A stretch of DNA of 63,999 nucleotides, filler included, from Gonapodya sp. JEL0774 (lineage: Eukaryota), in assembly GCA_027604505.1 (NCBI GenBank). It is 3 parts of 3 records of this genome, joined end to end, with 100 filler letters (N's around TTAATTAATTAA, not from the genome) between each part and the next. Parts side by side here need not be neighbours in the genome. Positions count along the whole stretch, not along the records: positions 25,004 to 49,767 come from JADIIX010000227.1; 2 more parts are not named here. One strand, written 5' to 3'. A program made the position numbers and the translations under genes. The notes under the pieces were generated by a model. That model had not been told where the DNA came from, did no database searches, and saw only the letters and a list, made by a program, of their open reading frames with translations. Shown in pieces: positions 28,530 through 40,061 of this stretch; the first letter of the stretch is position 1, and each line of letters starts with the position of its first letter.

Positions 28530-29894
28530 CCGTATCACAGCCAACAGAAATCGCCGATAGAGAACCTCCCCACTGAAACCCTTCAACGCATCTTCCGTTT
28601 TCTACCTCCACGGACATTCTACGAAGCTATTCCGTTGATCTCCCGACGATTCCGGGACGTTTCTTGGGATGCGATTCCAGGATGTCCAGGAAGAGCGATT
28701 GGGGTGGATTTGAGGATTGAAATTCAATTGGAGAAGAATGCTAGAGAATCAATCTGGGCGGACTCATGGAGTGATGTGCCAACACAGTACGAAGTCGGTG
28801 ATCTGTTGGGACACCCCGGGATGTTATGGATGTGTCTGGCAGCATTGCTTGAGCTGTCCGTCGAGAGTCTTCTTGTTCTGGAGCCCACGCAATGGGAGCT
28901 TGGGCAGCATGGTGCACCTGCTTTGCTCGATCGCTTTTGGCACGAGCACGCGGAAGAGGACGATCGTGGACTACCCCCGCTGAAGCGGATGAAATTTTCT
29001 GTGTCCCACATTTCGTACTGGTCACCGGAACTGGCACCGCTGGATAACGAATTGCTCACCTTCCAACGTGTGCTCGAGTTTGTCCGGAACGGCGTCCGCT
29101 CAATCAAGCTTCGTTGGCCAGGAGTTGACTTTTTGGGAAGATTGCCCGCCAACTTTGAGGTCATCGACTGCGTTCATCAGTTAGAAGCGTGTGCATCTGA
29201 GCAGGAGGGTGATGCACGCAAATTGCAAACCGCCTCCACCCTCCTTCGCTTATTTCCCTCGGCGCGCACACTTCTCGGCAATGCATTTTGCTCCTTACGC
29301 TTTGATGCACATGATTCAAGCAGATTCATTTCCTTGGTGGCAGAAGAGCGATGTTCCCTCGTTACCAAACTTCACGTTCGGGGAGCACCAGTGTCACTCA
29401 TTGCAGCACCCAGAGTCTTTACCAACGTCCACACCTTGGGCTCCATCAAACTCGACACTGGAATTAAGAGTTTGCTGTTTCCGTCTTCTCCTGGGAGCTG
29501 TCTCGTTCAGAAACTCTTCCTCAGTGCCGACAGTAATGACCTCGTGTCGCTGCAACATGAAGAAATTGTTTCCTTCACAAAGTTGTTGATACAGTACATA
29601 CCACACCTAAGATACGTTTCTGTCAGAATTTCCACCGGTTCTTTGCAGTCCTACCCAAAGCTCGGCATACTCCTTGACACATTGATTCAGCTCCTCTCTC
29701 CGTTAGAATGCGAGATTCAAATATTCACAAAGTACCATTTTGAAGTACAACCGCAAAGTTTTTGGGCAGCTGTGTCTGCCCACTTGTTTGAGCCATGGCC
29801 CAGCGCTCTTTGTGATTGGAAGGGACAAGGCACAGCAACGATTCGGGGTGGAAAGTTAGTGAAGAAGGGAGATCAAACACTGGAAATTGATTGA
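28530..29894 (+). CDS. F-box family paralogue 1; start ATG absent, possible pseudogene
   Basis: IENLPTETLQRIFRFLPP F-box; near-identical to paralogue 2; CCG at the position of the paralogue-2 ATG. Confidence 0.7.
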   Translation, partial: PYHSQQKSPIENLPTETLQRIFRFLPPRTFYEAIPLISRRFRDVSWDAIPGCPGRAIGVDLRIEIQLEKNARESIWADSWSDVPTQYEVGDLLGHPGMLWMCLAALLELSVESLLVLEPTQWELGQHGAPALLDRFWHEHAEEDDRGLPPLKRMKFSVSHISYWSPELAPLDNELLTFQRVLEFVRNGVRSIKLRWPGVDFLGRLPANFEVIDCVHQLEACASEQEGDARKLQTASTLLRLFPSARTLLGNAFCSLRFDAHDSSRFISLVAEERCSLVTKLHVRGAPVSLIAAPRVFTNVHTLGSIKLDTGIKSLLFPSSPGSCLVQKLFLSADSNDLVSLQHEEIVSFTKLLIQYIPHLRYVSVRISTGSLQSYPKLGILLDTLIQLLSPLECEIQIFTKYHFEVQPQSFWAAVSAHLFEPWPSALCDWKGQGTATIRGGKLVKKGDQTLEID

Positions 29895-30272
29895 AGCATG
29901 TGAATGTCTGCACTCGTGGATGCCACCGCGTGCTCCAGTATAGAATTTGCAAGTGGTTGAATGATGAGCAACAACCGGATACGCAGAAGGTGCCGGTACC
30001 TCGCAGATACATGGAGTGCCGCGTTGCAACACATGGAGAATATTTGCAAGCAGGTCAATGTTAGTGTTGTTTGCCCAGGGTAATATTGAGGCAGGCGGAA
30101 CCTTTGAATATATTCGCAAGTCTCTTCAACAGCCCGCACCGAAAGTCACGACTCTCCGACATCAATATTGAATAAGCAAGAGAAGAGCAACCATATGAGA
30201 GTGTGCGTGAAAGCGATCAAGGCCGGACATGTTGTCGCGTCATTTTCGACAGACAGTTCAATATGATCATGA

Positions 30273-31652
30273 ATGTATCACAGGGACCCGAATTCGCCTA
30301 TCGAAACCCTCCCCACTGAAATCCTTCAACGCATCTTCCGTTTTCTACCTCCACGGACATTCTACGAGGCTATTCCGTCCATCTCACGAAGGTTCCGGGA
30401 CGTTTCTTGGGATGCGATTCCAGGATGTTCAGGGAGAGCGATTGGGGTGGATTTGAGGATTGAAGTTCAATTGGAAGAGAGTCCTAATGGACCGATCTGG
30501 GTGGATTCATGGAGTGATGTGCCAACACAGTACGAAGCCGGTGATCTGTTGGGACATCCCGGGATGTTGTGGATGTGTCTGGGAGCATTGCTCGAGATGT
30601 CCGTCGAGAGTCTTCTCGTTCTGGAGTCCACGCAATGGGAGCTTGGGCAGCACGGCGCACCTGCTTTGCTCGATCGCTTTTGGCACGAGCACGTGGAAGA
30701 GGACGATCGTGGACTACCCCCGCTAAAGCGGATGAAATTCACTGTGTCCCACATGTCGTGGAGTATTGACTACTGGTCGACACCGGAGCTGGCGCCTCTG
30801 GATACCGTAATTCTCACCTTCCACCGTGTGCTCGAGTTTGTCCGGAACGGCGTCCGCTCTATGAAGCTTCGTTGGCCAGGAGTTGACTTTTTACGAAGAT
30901 TGCCAGCCAACTTTCAGGTCCTCGACTGCGTTCATCAGTTAGAAGCGTCCGCATCGGAGCAGGAGGACGACGCACGCAAATTTCAAACCGCCGCCACCTT
31001 CCTTCGCATATTTCCCTTGGCGCGCACACTTCTCGGCAATGCATTTTGCTCCTTGCGCTTTGATGCACATGATTCAAGCAGATTAATTAACTTGGTGTCA
31101 GAAGAGCGATGCTCCTTTGTCACCAAACTTCACGCTTGGGCAGCACCAGTGTCACTGATTGCAGCACCCAGCCTCTTTAACAACGTCCACACCTTGGGCT
31201 CCATTAAATTGGACACTGGCATTAAGACTGTGCTGTTTCCGTCTGCTCCTGGGAGCTCTCTTGTTCAGAAACTCTTCCTCAGCGCCGACAGTAGTGAACT
31301 CTTGTCGCTTCAACACGAAGAAATTGTTTCCTTCACAAAGTTGTTGATACAGTACATGCCACACCTAAGATACGTTTCTGTCAGAATTGCCGCCAATAGT
31401 TCTTCGCAGTCTTACACAAAGCTCGGCACATTCCTTGACACATTGATTCAGCTCCTCTCTCCGTTGGAATGCGTGATTCAAATCACATCAATGTACCATG
31501 TTGAAGTACCCCAAATATTTTGGGCAGCTGTGTCTGCCCACTCGTTCGAGCCATGGCCCATCACCCTGGATGATTGGAATGGCCAGGGCGCAGTAACGAT
31601 TCGGGGTGGAAAGTTAGTTAAGGTGGGAGATCGGACACTGCAAATTGATTGA
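30273..31652 (+). CDS. F-box family paralogue 2, intronless, 459 aa
   Basis: IETLPTEILQRIFRFLPP...SISRRFR F-box consensus. Confidence 0.85.
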   Translation: MYHRDPNSPIETLPTEILQRIFRFLPPRTFYEAIPSISRRFRDVSWDAIPGCSGRAIGVDLRIEVQLEESPNGPIWVDSWSDVPTQYEAGDLLGHPGMLWMCLGALLEMSVESLLVLESTQWELGQHGAPALLDRFWHEHVEEDDRGLPPLKRMKFTVSHMSWSIDYWSTPELAPLDTVILTFHRVLEFVRNGVRSMKLRWPGVDFLRRLPANFQVLDCVHQLEASASEQEDDARKFQTAATFLRIFPLARTLLGNAFCSLRFDAHDSSRLINLVSEERCSFVTKLHAWAAPVSLIAAPSLFNNVHTLGSIKLDTGIKTVLFPSAPGSSLVQKLFLSADSSELLSLQHEEIVSFTKLLIQYMPHLRYVSVRIAANSSSQSYTKLGTFLDTLIQLLSPLECVIQITSMYHVEVPQIFWAAVSAHSFEPWPITLDDWNGQGAVTIRGGKLVKVGDRTLQID

Positions 31653-32284
31653 AACTGCGAATGTCACTCGCAGACGCCACCGCTCTAGTGTAGAATTTGG
31701 AAATGGTTGAAATGAATGAAAAACAAACGAATACACGAAAGGTGCCCATAGCTCGCAGAAATATGGAGTACCGCGTCGAAATACACAGATAATATATTTG
31801 CAAGAAGGTCAATGTGACTCACCACAGGTAAGTCACATCGAAATTTGCGCTTTTTACATTCCGAGAGAGGTCCCCCTACTCTCTGTCGGACCGCCTTCAC
31901 TCGAGCTTCTGGACGATTCTAATCAATTATCTTGCCATCACTCGCTGACGCACGGAGGACCGGGACCTACCGGCCTACAGTCAACGGGACAGCATACCCG
32001 TCTCTAAGTTGCTTATAGATTACTAGCGACAGGTTCACCCTCACCTAGCACGTCTGTCTTTAATCAATGTTCAATTGTTGTCTGTCCAGGGAAATTTTGA
32101 GACAGGCGAAACCATTGAATATATTCGAAAGTCTCTTCAAAAGCCCGCACCGAAAATCCCGACTCTACAACATCAATATTGAATAAACAAGAGAAGAGCA
32201 ACCATATGAGACTGTGCGTGAAAGCGATCAAGGCCGTACATGTGGTTACGTCATATTCGAAGGTCAGAGGATGGTTCAACATCA

Positions 32285-33646
32285 ATGCATCGCGACAGGG
32301 AACCGATATCGCCTATCGAAACCCTCCCCCCGGAAATCCTTCACCGCATCTTCCGTCTTCTGTCTCCGCGGACATTCTACGTTACTCTTCCGTCCATCTC
32401 CCGCCGTTTTCGCGACGTTTCTTCGTCCGCGATAATTCCAGGATGCGCAAGACGAGCGATCGGAGTCCAATGGACGATCGAAATTCGAAGAGTGGAAGAG
32501 CCTGATGGCTGCCTTTGGATCAAGCGGTGGGAAGATGTTTCCGAGTTTGAGGCATGTGAGGGGTTGGGACGTGACACAGGGACCATATGGACCTGCCTTA
32601 GCGCTTTGATCGAATTGTCTCCTGCCATGTTTGCTGATATAGAGCGCGCAAAGATGGAGGTTGGGGAGAGTGATGGACCTGCTCTGCTCGAAAGCTACTG
32701 GCCAGCGGAAGAAGACGAGAGTGGCTTACCGCCGCTAAAGAGGGTAAAGTTCACGGTGTCGAACGTGTGTTGGGATATCCACTACATGTCACCGGACTTA
32801 TCACTGGTTGATGACCACATGGTCATCTTCGAACATGTGCTGGAGTTTGTTCGCAACGTTGGTGTCCGGGCGATTGAACTCGGTTGGCAAGCGATGGAAT
32901 ACTTGGACAAGTTTCCTGCGCAGTTTGAGGGAATTGATTGTGTTCGCAAGCTGATGGCATCTGCTGCTGCACACGAGGATAACGCAAGCAAGCTGCGCAG
33001 GGCAGCTACTCTCCTTCGCATATTTCCCATGGCACACGAGCTTCTTGGGCCTGCATTCTGTTCCGTGCACTTTGATGCAACTTCTGCAATTGAATTCAAT
33101 TCTCTGGTGTCAAAAGAGCGACGCGCACTTGTCACCAAACTATACTCTCCGACTGCATCTGTATCACTCCTCAACTCACTTGGCGTCTTCTGCAACTTGA
33201 ATACCTTGGGTGTCCTAAATCTGAGCAGTGGAATCAAGAGTGTGCTGTATCCATCTGGTCCAGCGAGCTCTCCCATTCACACACTTTTCCTTACGGCTTT
33301 CAATACCCACCTTCTGTCGCTTCAAAAGGAAGACATTGTTTCCTTTACCACGTCATTGATAGACCACATGCCACATTTGAAAGTTGTTGCCGTCACCATT
33401 GTGGTCATCGGTTCTTTTGAATCCTCCAAGAACATTGCTACACTTTTGGGCACAATGACCCAGCTCCTCTCGCAGTCAAAGTGCAAACTTCAGATCTCCA
33501 CACCAATTTCTCCTCCAGCACGTGGAAGCTTTTCGGCCGCCCTGTCCACTAGATCTATTGAGCTGTGGCCCACCGCTCTGCATGATTGGGATGGACACAG
33601 CACAGTGACAGTTCAGGGTGGAAAAGTTGTGAGGACAAGGAGGTAG
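32285..33646 (+). CDS. F-box family paralogue 3, intronless
   Basis: IETLPPEILHRIFRLLSP...SISRRFR; alignable to paralogue 2 over its full length. Confidence 0.85.
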   Translation: MHRDREPISPIETLPPEILHRIFRLLSPRTFYVTLPSISRRFRDVSSSAIIPGCARRAIGVQWTIEIRRVEEPDGCLWIKRWEDVSEFEACEGLGRDTGTIWTCLSALIELSPAMFADIERAKMEVGESDGPALLESYWPAEEDESGLPPLKRVKFTVSNVCWDIHYMSPDLSLVDDHMVIFEHVLEFVRNVGVRAIELGWQAMEYLDKFPAQFEGIDCVRKLMASAAAHEDNASKLRRAATLLRIFPMAHELLGPAFCSVHFDATSAIEFNSLVSKERRALVTKLYSPTASVSLLNSLGVFCNLNTLGVLNLSSGIKSVLYPSGPASSPIHTLFLTAFNTHLLSLQKEDIVSFTTSLIDHMPHLKVVAVTIVVIGSFESSKNIATLLGTMTQLLSQSKCKLQISTPISPPARGSFSAALSTRSIELWPTALHDWDGHSTVTVQGGKVVRTRR

Positions 33647-33942
33647 GACACTTGAATTGGATTGGAACCATTTATCAATGCGTCTCGGCTTTTTGGAGTC
33701 TGCCAGTGATTCCCATAAATATCAGGGACGGAGTTGTGTAATGCAGACACGAGACGAAAGTGAAGGATTCTTGCAAGTGCGTGAGAGGCCCACGTATTAG
33801 AATAGCTACGCATGGAAGCTCTGACTGGCAGGACCTTCATTCATGTAATAAAGTTTCGTGTTTTTTGCAGGCAAACAACGTGTTTGTACTCTCTGCTGCG
33901 CACAGTACATAAATCTGAACAACACCAAGTCTGAAACATCCG

Positions 33943-35373
33943 ATGGAAACTTTTCCGGTTGAAATCCTGCAACGTGTCTTCCGTCTTTTACCCCCCAAGG
34001 CGTTCTACGGAGTGATTCCTCGAATCTGCCGTCGGTTCCGGGATGTCTGCTCAAACTCGATTCCCGGATGCCCTGAAGGAACCGTCGGAGTCACTCGTGT
34101 GATCGAAATTGAAGATGATGATGAACTGCTCCCGGACAGTCCGTCGATTTATTGGCACAAGCACCTGAGCGACTTTCGGACTGTGAATGTCCAGGGCAAG
34201 ACGATATGGACATGCATGGAAGCAAAGCTCAGGATGTCTCCAGAACGTTTGACGAATGTGGAAGCAACAGAGGTGGTGGGATGTGCTGGCTTCGATTGCT
34301 ATTGGTCAAATGCGGAGACTCACGGCACTGGGTACCCTCCCGGACTCAACTCACAGCGTATAAGGTGGACAGGAACCACGTACGCGGCCTGGAATCTCTG
34401 GGCATCGTATGATCCCATCGAACATTACTCGCTCGCCTTTGAAACCTTTCTGGAGTGTGTACGGGAAGATGGTGTCTCCGTGGTTCGGTTAAACGCGCAT
34501 GGCAATGATCTATTGAATACTCTGCCGTCTCAGTTTCAGGTGGACTGTGTCAGCCACCTCTCGTTCCGTTTGGGCATGAAAGCTTCCAACTCTGGGTCTT
34601 GGAAAAATTTGGCGACTCTTCTTCACCACTTCCCAATGGCGCGTGATCTTACATGCCCATTGTCGCGGTTTCCGCAACTCACAAAATTAGATTTGAGCAT
34701 GTTTTGCGCCTTGGTGCCTGAGGAAAGGCGATCTATTGTGACCCGGATACATTCGGGAAGAGCCACAATATCCTTCATCAACCAACCTCTTGCATTCCCC
34801 AACTTACAGTCGCTGGGGAGCCTTGATTTGTACACTGCAATTGAATTTGCGGATTTTACTTCTGCCGCTGGATCACGGATCCGAAATATTTCTTTCAATC
34901 CCGCAAAAGGGACGTCCCCAGATCCAACTTCGGATGATATTGTTTTGTTCGCAAAATCATTAATTGATCACATGCCTCACTTGAACAATATCTCGGTGGA
35001 GTTTGGAGAACCTCTAGGATTACCTGAACCAAATCTCCAAGGTCTACTTACCACTGTCGGGACATTTTTACAAGCGTTGATTCAGCTTCTTTTGTACTCG
35101 AATTGCACAATTCAGGTTTCCGCTACAATACCAGTGGTCTCTATATTGTACGCAGCGTTGAAATCTCACGTTATCCAACCTTGGCCAGTTGCTCTCGGCG
35201 ATTGGCCGAATGACAGGGCCAAGGTTTTGATTAGACGTGGATCGGTCCTTGGTGAGTACAATGAACGCGAATGGCTCCTGTGCAATCAGTCTGTGCGTTT
35301 AAATGACAACTCTGTCTCATTCGGGGTGAATAGCAGGTTGAGATTCAAACGACATGGTTGGGTGAGACCGTGA
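33943..35373 (+). CDS. F-box family paralogue 4, intronless, 476 aa
   Basis: METFPVEILQRVFRLLPP...RICRRFR; shared IPGC, LIDHMPHL and WP..L.DW motifs. Confidence 0.85.
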   Translation: METFPVEILQRVFRLLPPKAFYGVIPRICRRFRDVCSNSIPGCPEGTVGVTRVIEIEDDDELLPDSPSIYWHKHLSDFRTVNVQGKTIWTCMEAKLRMSPERLTNVEATEVVGCAGFDCYWSNAETHGTGYPPGLNSQRIRWTGTTYAAWNLWASYDPIEHYSLAFETFLECVREDGVSVVRLNAHGNDLLNTLPSQFQVDCVSHLSFRLGMKASNSGSWKNLATLLHHFPMARDLTCPLSRFPQLTKLDLSMFCALVPEERRSIVTRIHSGRATISFINQPLAFPNLQSLGSLDLYTAIEFADFTSAAGSRIRNISFNPAKGTSPDPTSDDIVLFAKSLIDHMPHLNNISVEFGEPLGLPEPNLQGLLTTVGTFLQALIQLLLYSNCTIQVSATIPVVSILYAALKSHVIQPWPVALGDWPNDRAKVLIRRGSVLGEYNEREWLLCNQSVRLNDNSVSFGVNSRLRFKRHGWVRP

Positions 35374-36508
35374 GTGATGATGTAACTTCCTCAGAAGAAG
35401 TGGTCGACTGACCTCTTTCCTTTTCTCCCTCTGACTGGGGTTGTAAGACATTGCCTTATGTGGTAATGAAGCTGATTTCACGTACGCGTGTGGACTGTTC
35501 GGCCTGTGATCCAAATCACCTCCTTCAGTTTGCATTGGGCGGGCATTGAACGGATGGAGCAATGGAGCTAGCGTGGAACTCATTGGGTTATCGTCACGTG
35601 GAGTTGCAGGAGTCTCCAGCGCATTTGTTGAGGTGTGGAGGCTGTAGGGACCAGGGTGGTCCGGTTTTGTTCGAATCTGTATAATGGTCGAGATACATAT
35701 GGGATGAGCTTGTATCTTTGCGAGGCGCCGGTCAGAAAGTATAATTTCGATTCGGAACATGGTCACTTCAGAGCACATTTTCACATGATTGGCCGTGCCG
35801 CTGTCGGGCGCATCACGGCACATCGGGAGAACAGTGTGGCACATCCCCACCAAAACCTGCCAACATCCGAACGCAAACCTTTGTCAGAGGACGACGAGAA
35901 CCAGCACGAGAACGGAACATTCAAAGAGGGCTGGAAAGCTTTGAAACCACCCAATCACAAGAAAAGGAATCGTCTACGGGTAGTGCTGTCCAGTGACACC
36001 TTTGTGACGTGACTCATCGTTGTTTCGGAATCTGTGGGACACCCCACGCGCATCAAGGATAAGACGGAGAAGAAATTCTTGCTGCGTTCTTTGTGAGTAC
36101 ACCTGTATTGGCAGATGGAAAGGCACGGTGTCGGTGCTGTGCTCGTTGGTCGGTTGGATGAGGACTGCCAGCACCCGGGAATCGGACCAGCTTCGTCTCC
36201 CGTATTCCGCTCACCTCGAGTTCCTTCTTATCGCTTCCGACTTCCGGCGAAGCATTTTTGATTGAGTCCGCGTTGTCCTTTCTTTTGTCTATCCTTCGCC
36301 GGCCCGGTCATGGTTTCTGTCAATTTCTTTCCGCGCGGTTCACATAAACCCGTGATCCCCATCTCGACTAAAAACGCATCGCTAAACCTTGAATCCACTC
36401 TGTTGCAGTCACCGATTACCTCTCCCTCCTCCCTCGTTCCACTCTCTCACCGCTTCTTCACCTCTTCACCTTTGACACTTCACCCTAACCAACTCTCTCC
36501 TTCATAAC

Positions 36509-38254
36509 ATGTCAAAAGCCGGATCCCCTTCTCAAAAAACACCGCTCTCTGTCCACTTCATCGCCGGTGGCGCGGCTGGAGCCTGTGAAGCTCTCTGCAT
36601 GCACCCCCTCGACACCATCAAAGTGCGCATGCAGCTCCGAAGAAACGTTCCCGCACGATCACGAGGCACAGCGGGTGCAGCTGGTACCGCAGCTGCCGTG
36701 AAACCCCCAGGGTTCATTCAAACCGGTGTGGGTATCGTACAAAAGGACGGCCCTTTGGGACTCTACCGAGGCCTCGCCGCCGTGGTGTCCGGCATTGTAC
36801 CCAAAATGGCCATCAGGTTCTTCTCATTTGAGGCGTACAAGGACCTTCTCGGCCGAGATCCTGTAACGGGAAAGACTGGGTTCTGGCAAACGTTTGCTGC
36901 CGGTTTGATGGCTGGTGTGACGGAGAGTGTGATTGTGGTGACACCCATGGATGTGTTAAAGGTGAGTTCTCACAAGAAGATAAGAGGAATTGAATTTTTT
37001 GAGGCGCGTCAGGAGTATTGTTTGAACTGCTGATGGGTGGCGCCAGAAATGGAATGCGGCTGACCGAGTGAGAGTCCAACGGAGCGTGGTTTACTCGAAA
37101 AATGTGCTCTGCACTCTTATCTGGACAACAATTGTTTGGGTTTTGGCTGTTGTTCCTTCCGTGGGGGATCATCACATGGAGATCAGGGGACAAACTGCGG
37201 AACCTTTAGGACGACTAGGCTGGGTTGGGTACCCAGTATATATGGAGTGCTGCCCCAACTACCTGATTCCACAAATCCGATGACATGTTATTTAACTCTC
37301 TCTCTCCTTTCGCGGGTCCTCGCGTTCCCAGATTCGTGTTCAAGCCGCCCGGGCGTCCATGACCGACCCGTCCGAAGCCGTCAAGTACAAGAACTTGTTC
37401 ACGGCAGCGTACACCATCGTGAAGGAGGAGGGACCGGGCGCCTTGTATAAGGGTATCGCTTTTACGGCGTTAAGACAGGGTGAGCACGAATGATATGTTC
37501 TGGGAGGTGGGGTTGGAACCTGTCACTCGGTGTACACGATTTCAGGCATCGAAAGATATTGCTGGGCAAGGGTTCTTTTTCTTTCTTTGCTCCTTGGGTC
37601 GCGGACCAGGTGCTAGTCTAATGTGCTCATTTCTGGTTCCCCTGTCCCACATCTAGCAACCAACCAAGCCGTCAACTTCACTGGATATCAATATATCAAA
37701 GATTTTTTGCTCAAAATTCAGGATCGAGATACGCTGCCCAGTTGGCAGCACCTACTCGCTGGAGGGTTCTCGGGGGCACTTGGTGAGAAGCATGTTTCGA
37801 GCCCGTTGATCTCACCTTCCCTCCTCATCGATCCACCTCTCTGTTCACACACTGTCCCACCGTTGTCGTGCTGAGGCCCTCTTGCTAACAACCCCATCGA
37901 TACCCTCAAAACCCGCGTGCAGCGCCAACGTATAATTCCCGGATCCGAGCTCGAGCGTATGAGCGGTTTTCAACGGACGAGATTCTTGATTTCCGACATT
38001 CTAAAGACAGAGGGGTGGAGAGCGTTCTACAAGGTGCGTTTGGTAGACCGGGCCGCTGTGAGGACCTTCAGACTGTTCCCTGATATTTGACTTTCGGTGA
38101 ATGAATCAACACGTAACAAACATCTTCTCCGTCTTCTCTTTGGCTACAGGGTATCACTCCTCGCCTTCTCCGCGTGGCACCGGGCCAAGCCATCACGTTC
38201 GCGGTGTACGAGCGGGTGAAGAAGTTTATTTCAAAAGAGAAGTCGGAGGCGTAA
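36509..38254 (+). CDS. SFC1: Mitochondrial carrier, succinate/fumarate transporter-like, multi-exon
   Basis: Three PxDxxK repeats (HPLDTIKVRMQ, TPMDVLKIRVQ, NPIDTLKTRVQ); GIVPKMAIRF, RQATNQAVNF, RVAPGQAITF. Confidence 0.85.
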
Positions 38255-38823
38255 TGAGTGGGTGGTCGGGCAATATTGATGGCCGATGAATGGTCGGAGG
38301 AAACAGTTAAAAACAGAGTGGGGGATGGCGGCGTACTACTCCTCGGGCTTGTGGGCGGGAGCCAAACATTCTGAAGTATAAACGCTATAGCGTTGGCGCT
38401 ATTGGGGGCGACATCAATGTATATTGGAATCAATAATTTGATGTGAAAAAATCAATTCCCCACCGCTTGGTTGAGTGGGAATGAGGGTTTCAGCGCTCAG
38501 GAGTACCCAAGCGTTCAGTACCACGCCTTAGATCACCGCTCTAAGGCATATATTTACAATGTTAAGCAAACTAGAGGAAGTCATTTTGTCAATGCCGATT
38601 TTGATCTATTGAAAGTCTGTTTGTTTCGATTCGAGCCAGTGTGGGAATGACGTCTGCTCAAACACCCTGTAGGCGTGAATCACCTTTCGTGCGGCGAACC
38701 CCTTCTGCAGAGAAACTCGTCTGAGTAGAAAGTGAATGGAATAAATAAATGGATTTCCATTCTGTATTCAAAGAGCCTGGCGTCGCCTGTTCACTTTCTG
38801 AGCTTCATCGATCATCTGTCAAT

Positions 38824-39498
38824 ATGCGTCCGCTCTCGCTTTTCCTCGTTGCTACAGCTGGGTGCTTAATGGTGCTGTCCATTGCGTTTGGTGATTTTAT
38901 ATTCCTCTTTCGCTCTCGAGATAGCGTTGTCGGTTTACCTCGATTGCCCTCATTCATTATATATCGTTAGCTGCTCCCGCGCATGATCTATCTGTTCGCG
39001 ATGCGCAGGTCAACAAGCCAGAAAATCCAAAGGATTATCACCCACCGGAGCAAGATCACAAGGACAACAAGAAGCAACCCGAACCGCGTGAGTTCTCCAA
39101 TGTGATTGAGGCGTCTGTGAGCGGAAACTCACGCACCTCATTCCAACATGCGCGATCTTACATTATACTCGTTCCCATGCACATAGAGAACAAGAACTAT
39201 CCACCACCGTGTGAGTGCTAAACCAGGATGTCGTGTGATCTGTCATAACACCACACATTCCGTGCTGTTACATTCGCATAGATCCTCCGCCCAAGAAGCC
39301 CTCGAACGAGTACCGTATGTTTTCCTGTTCCCACCTTGTCACGCTCGATCTACTTTCTACATTTATCCTTCTTTAATCCTATTTTCTTTCTCCCAGCCCC
39401 CGCACCTCACAAAAATTATGTTCCGCACAAACCCACATACGTCAAACACCTACCTTCGTGCCCGTGAGCAGTTTGGTCAATCGACGGCAAGGGTGTAA
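38824..39498 (+). CDS. Small putative secreted Pro/Lys-rich protein with micro-exons
   Basis: Signal-like MRPLSLFLVATAGCLMVLSIAF, then short AG/GT-bounded segments such as VNKPENPKDYHPPEQDHKDNKKQPEP. Confidence 0.4.
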
Positions 39499-40061
39499 TC
39501 AAATGGGCCGATTACGGATCCTGGGGTGAACCGGATTACGACTGGAAGTGCAAGGTATGGGTATTTGAATGGTGAGATTGTGTCCGCAAGCGTACAAATT
39601 TACGCAGTTAGAGGAGTACCAACGGTCCTTCGCGCAATATTAGCCCTGAGAACAAGAAGCTGTACTATAACTCGAAGAATAATGGAAAATGCAAGTGGGA
39701 AGGTATGTACTGTGTATTGCAAGGAGTAGTTCGGATCACTTATCGGCATTACCTCCTTTCACTATTGTTGCAGATTTCTACGAGAAGACCGTTTGCCATT
39801 ACTGACGGTTACGGATCAGAGATCGGAGACCGTTTCGGAGAGAAGTGATTTTGATTAGGTGCAGAAACTCGGGAAGCGTCTAGTGTCAGGTAGTAGTTCA
39901 GCTACAACTAGAATGTAGTCGCTGAGTAAGTAAGCCCCATTACATTTGCAAAATTTGCAAAATGAGCATGCCTGTGTTCCCAAGAAGCGGCACCTCAGTG
40001 CATTGTGGTGCAGGAAGACACCAAACATCACATCGACACATTAGAGCGACGAAAAGTCCAG

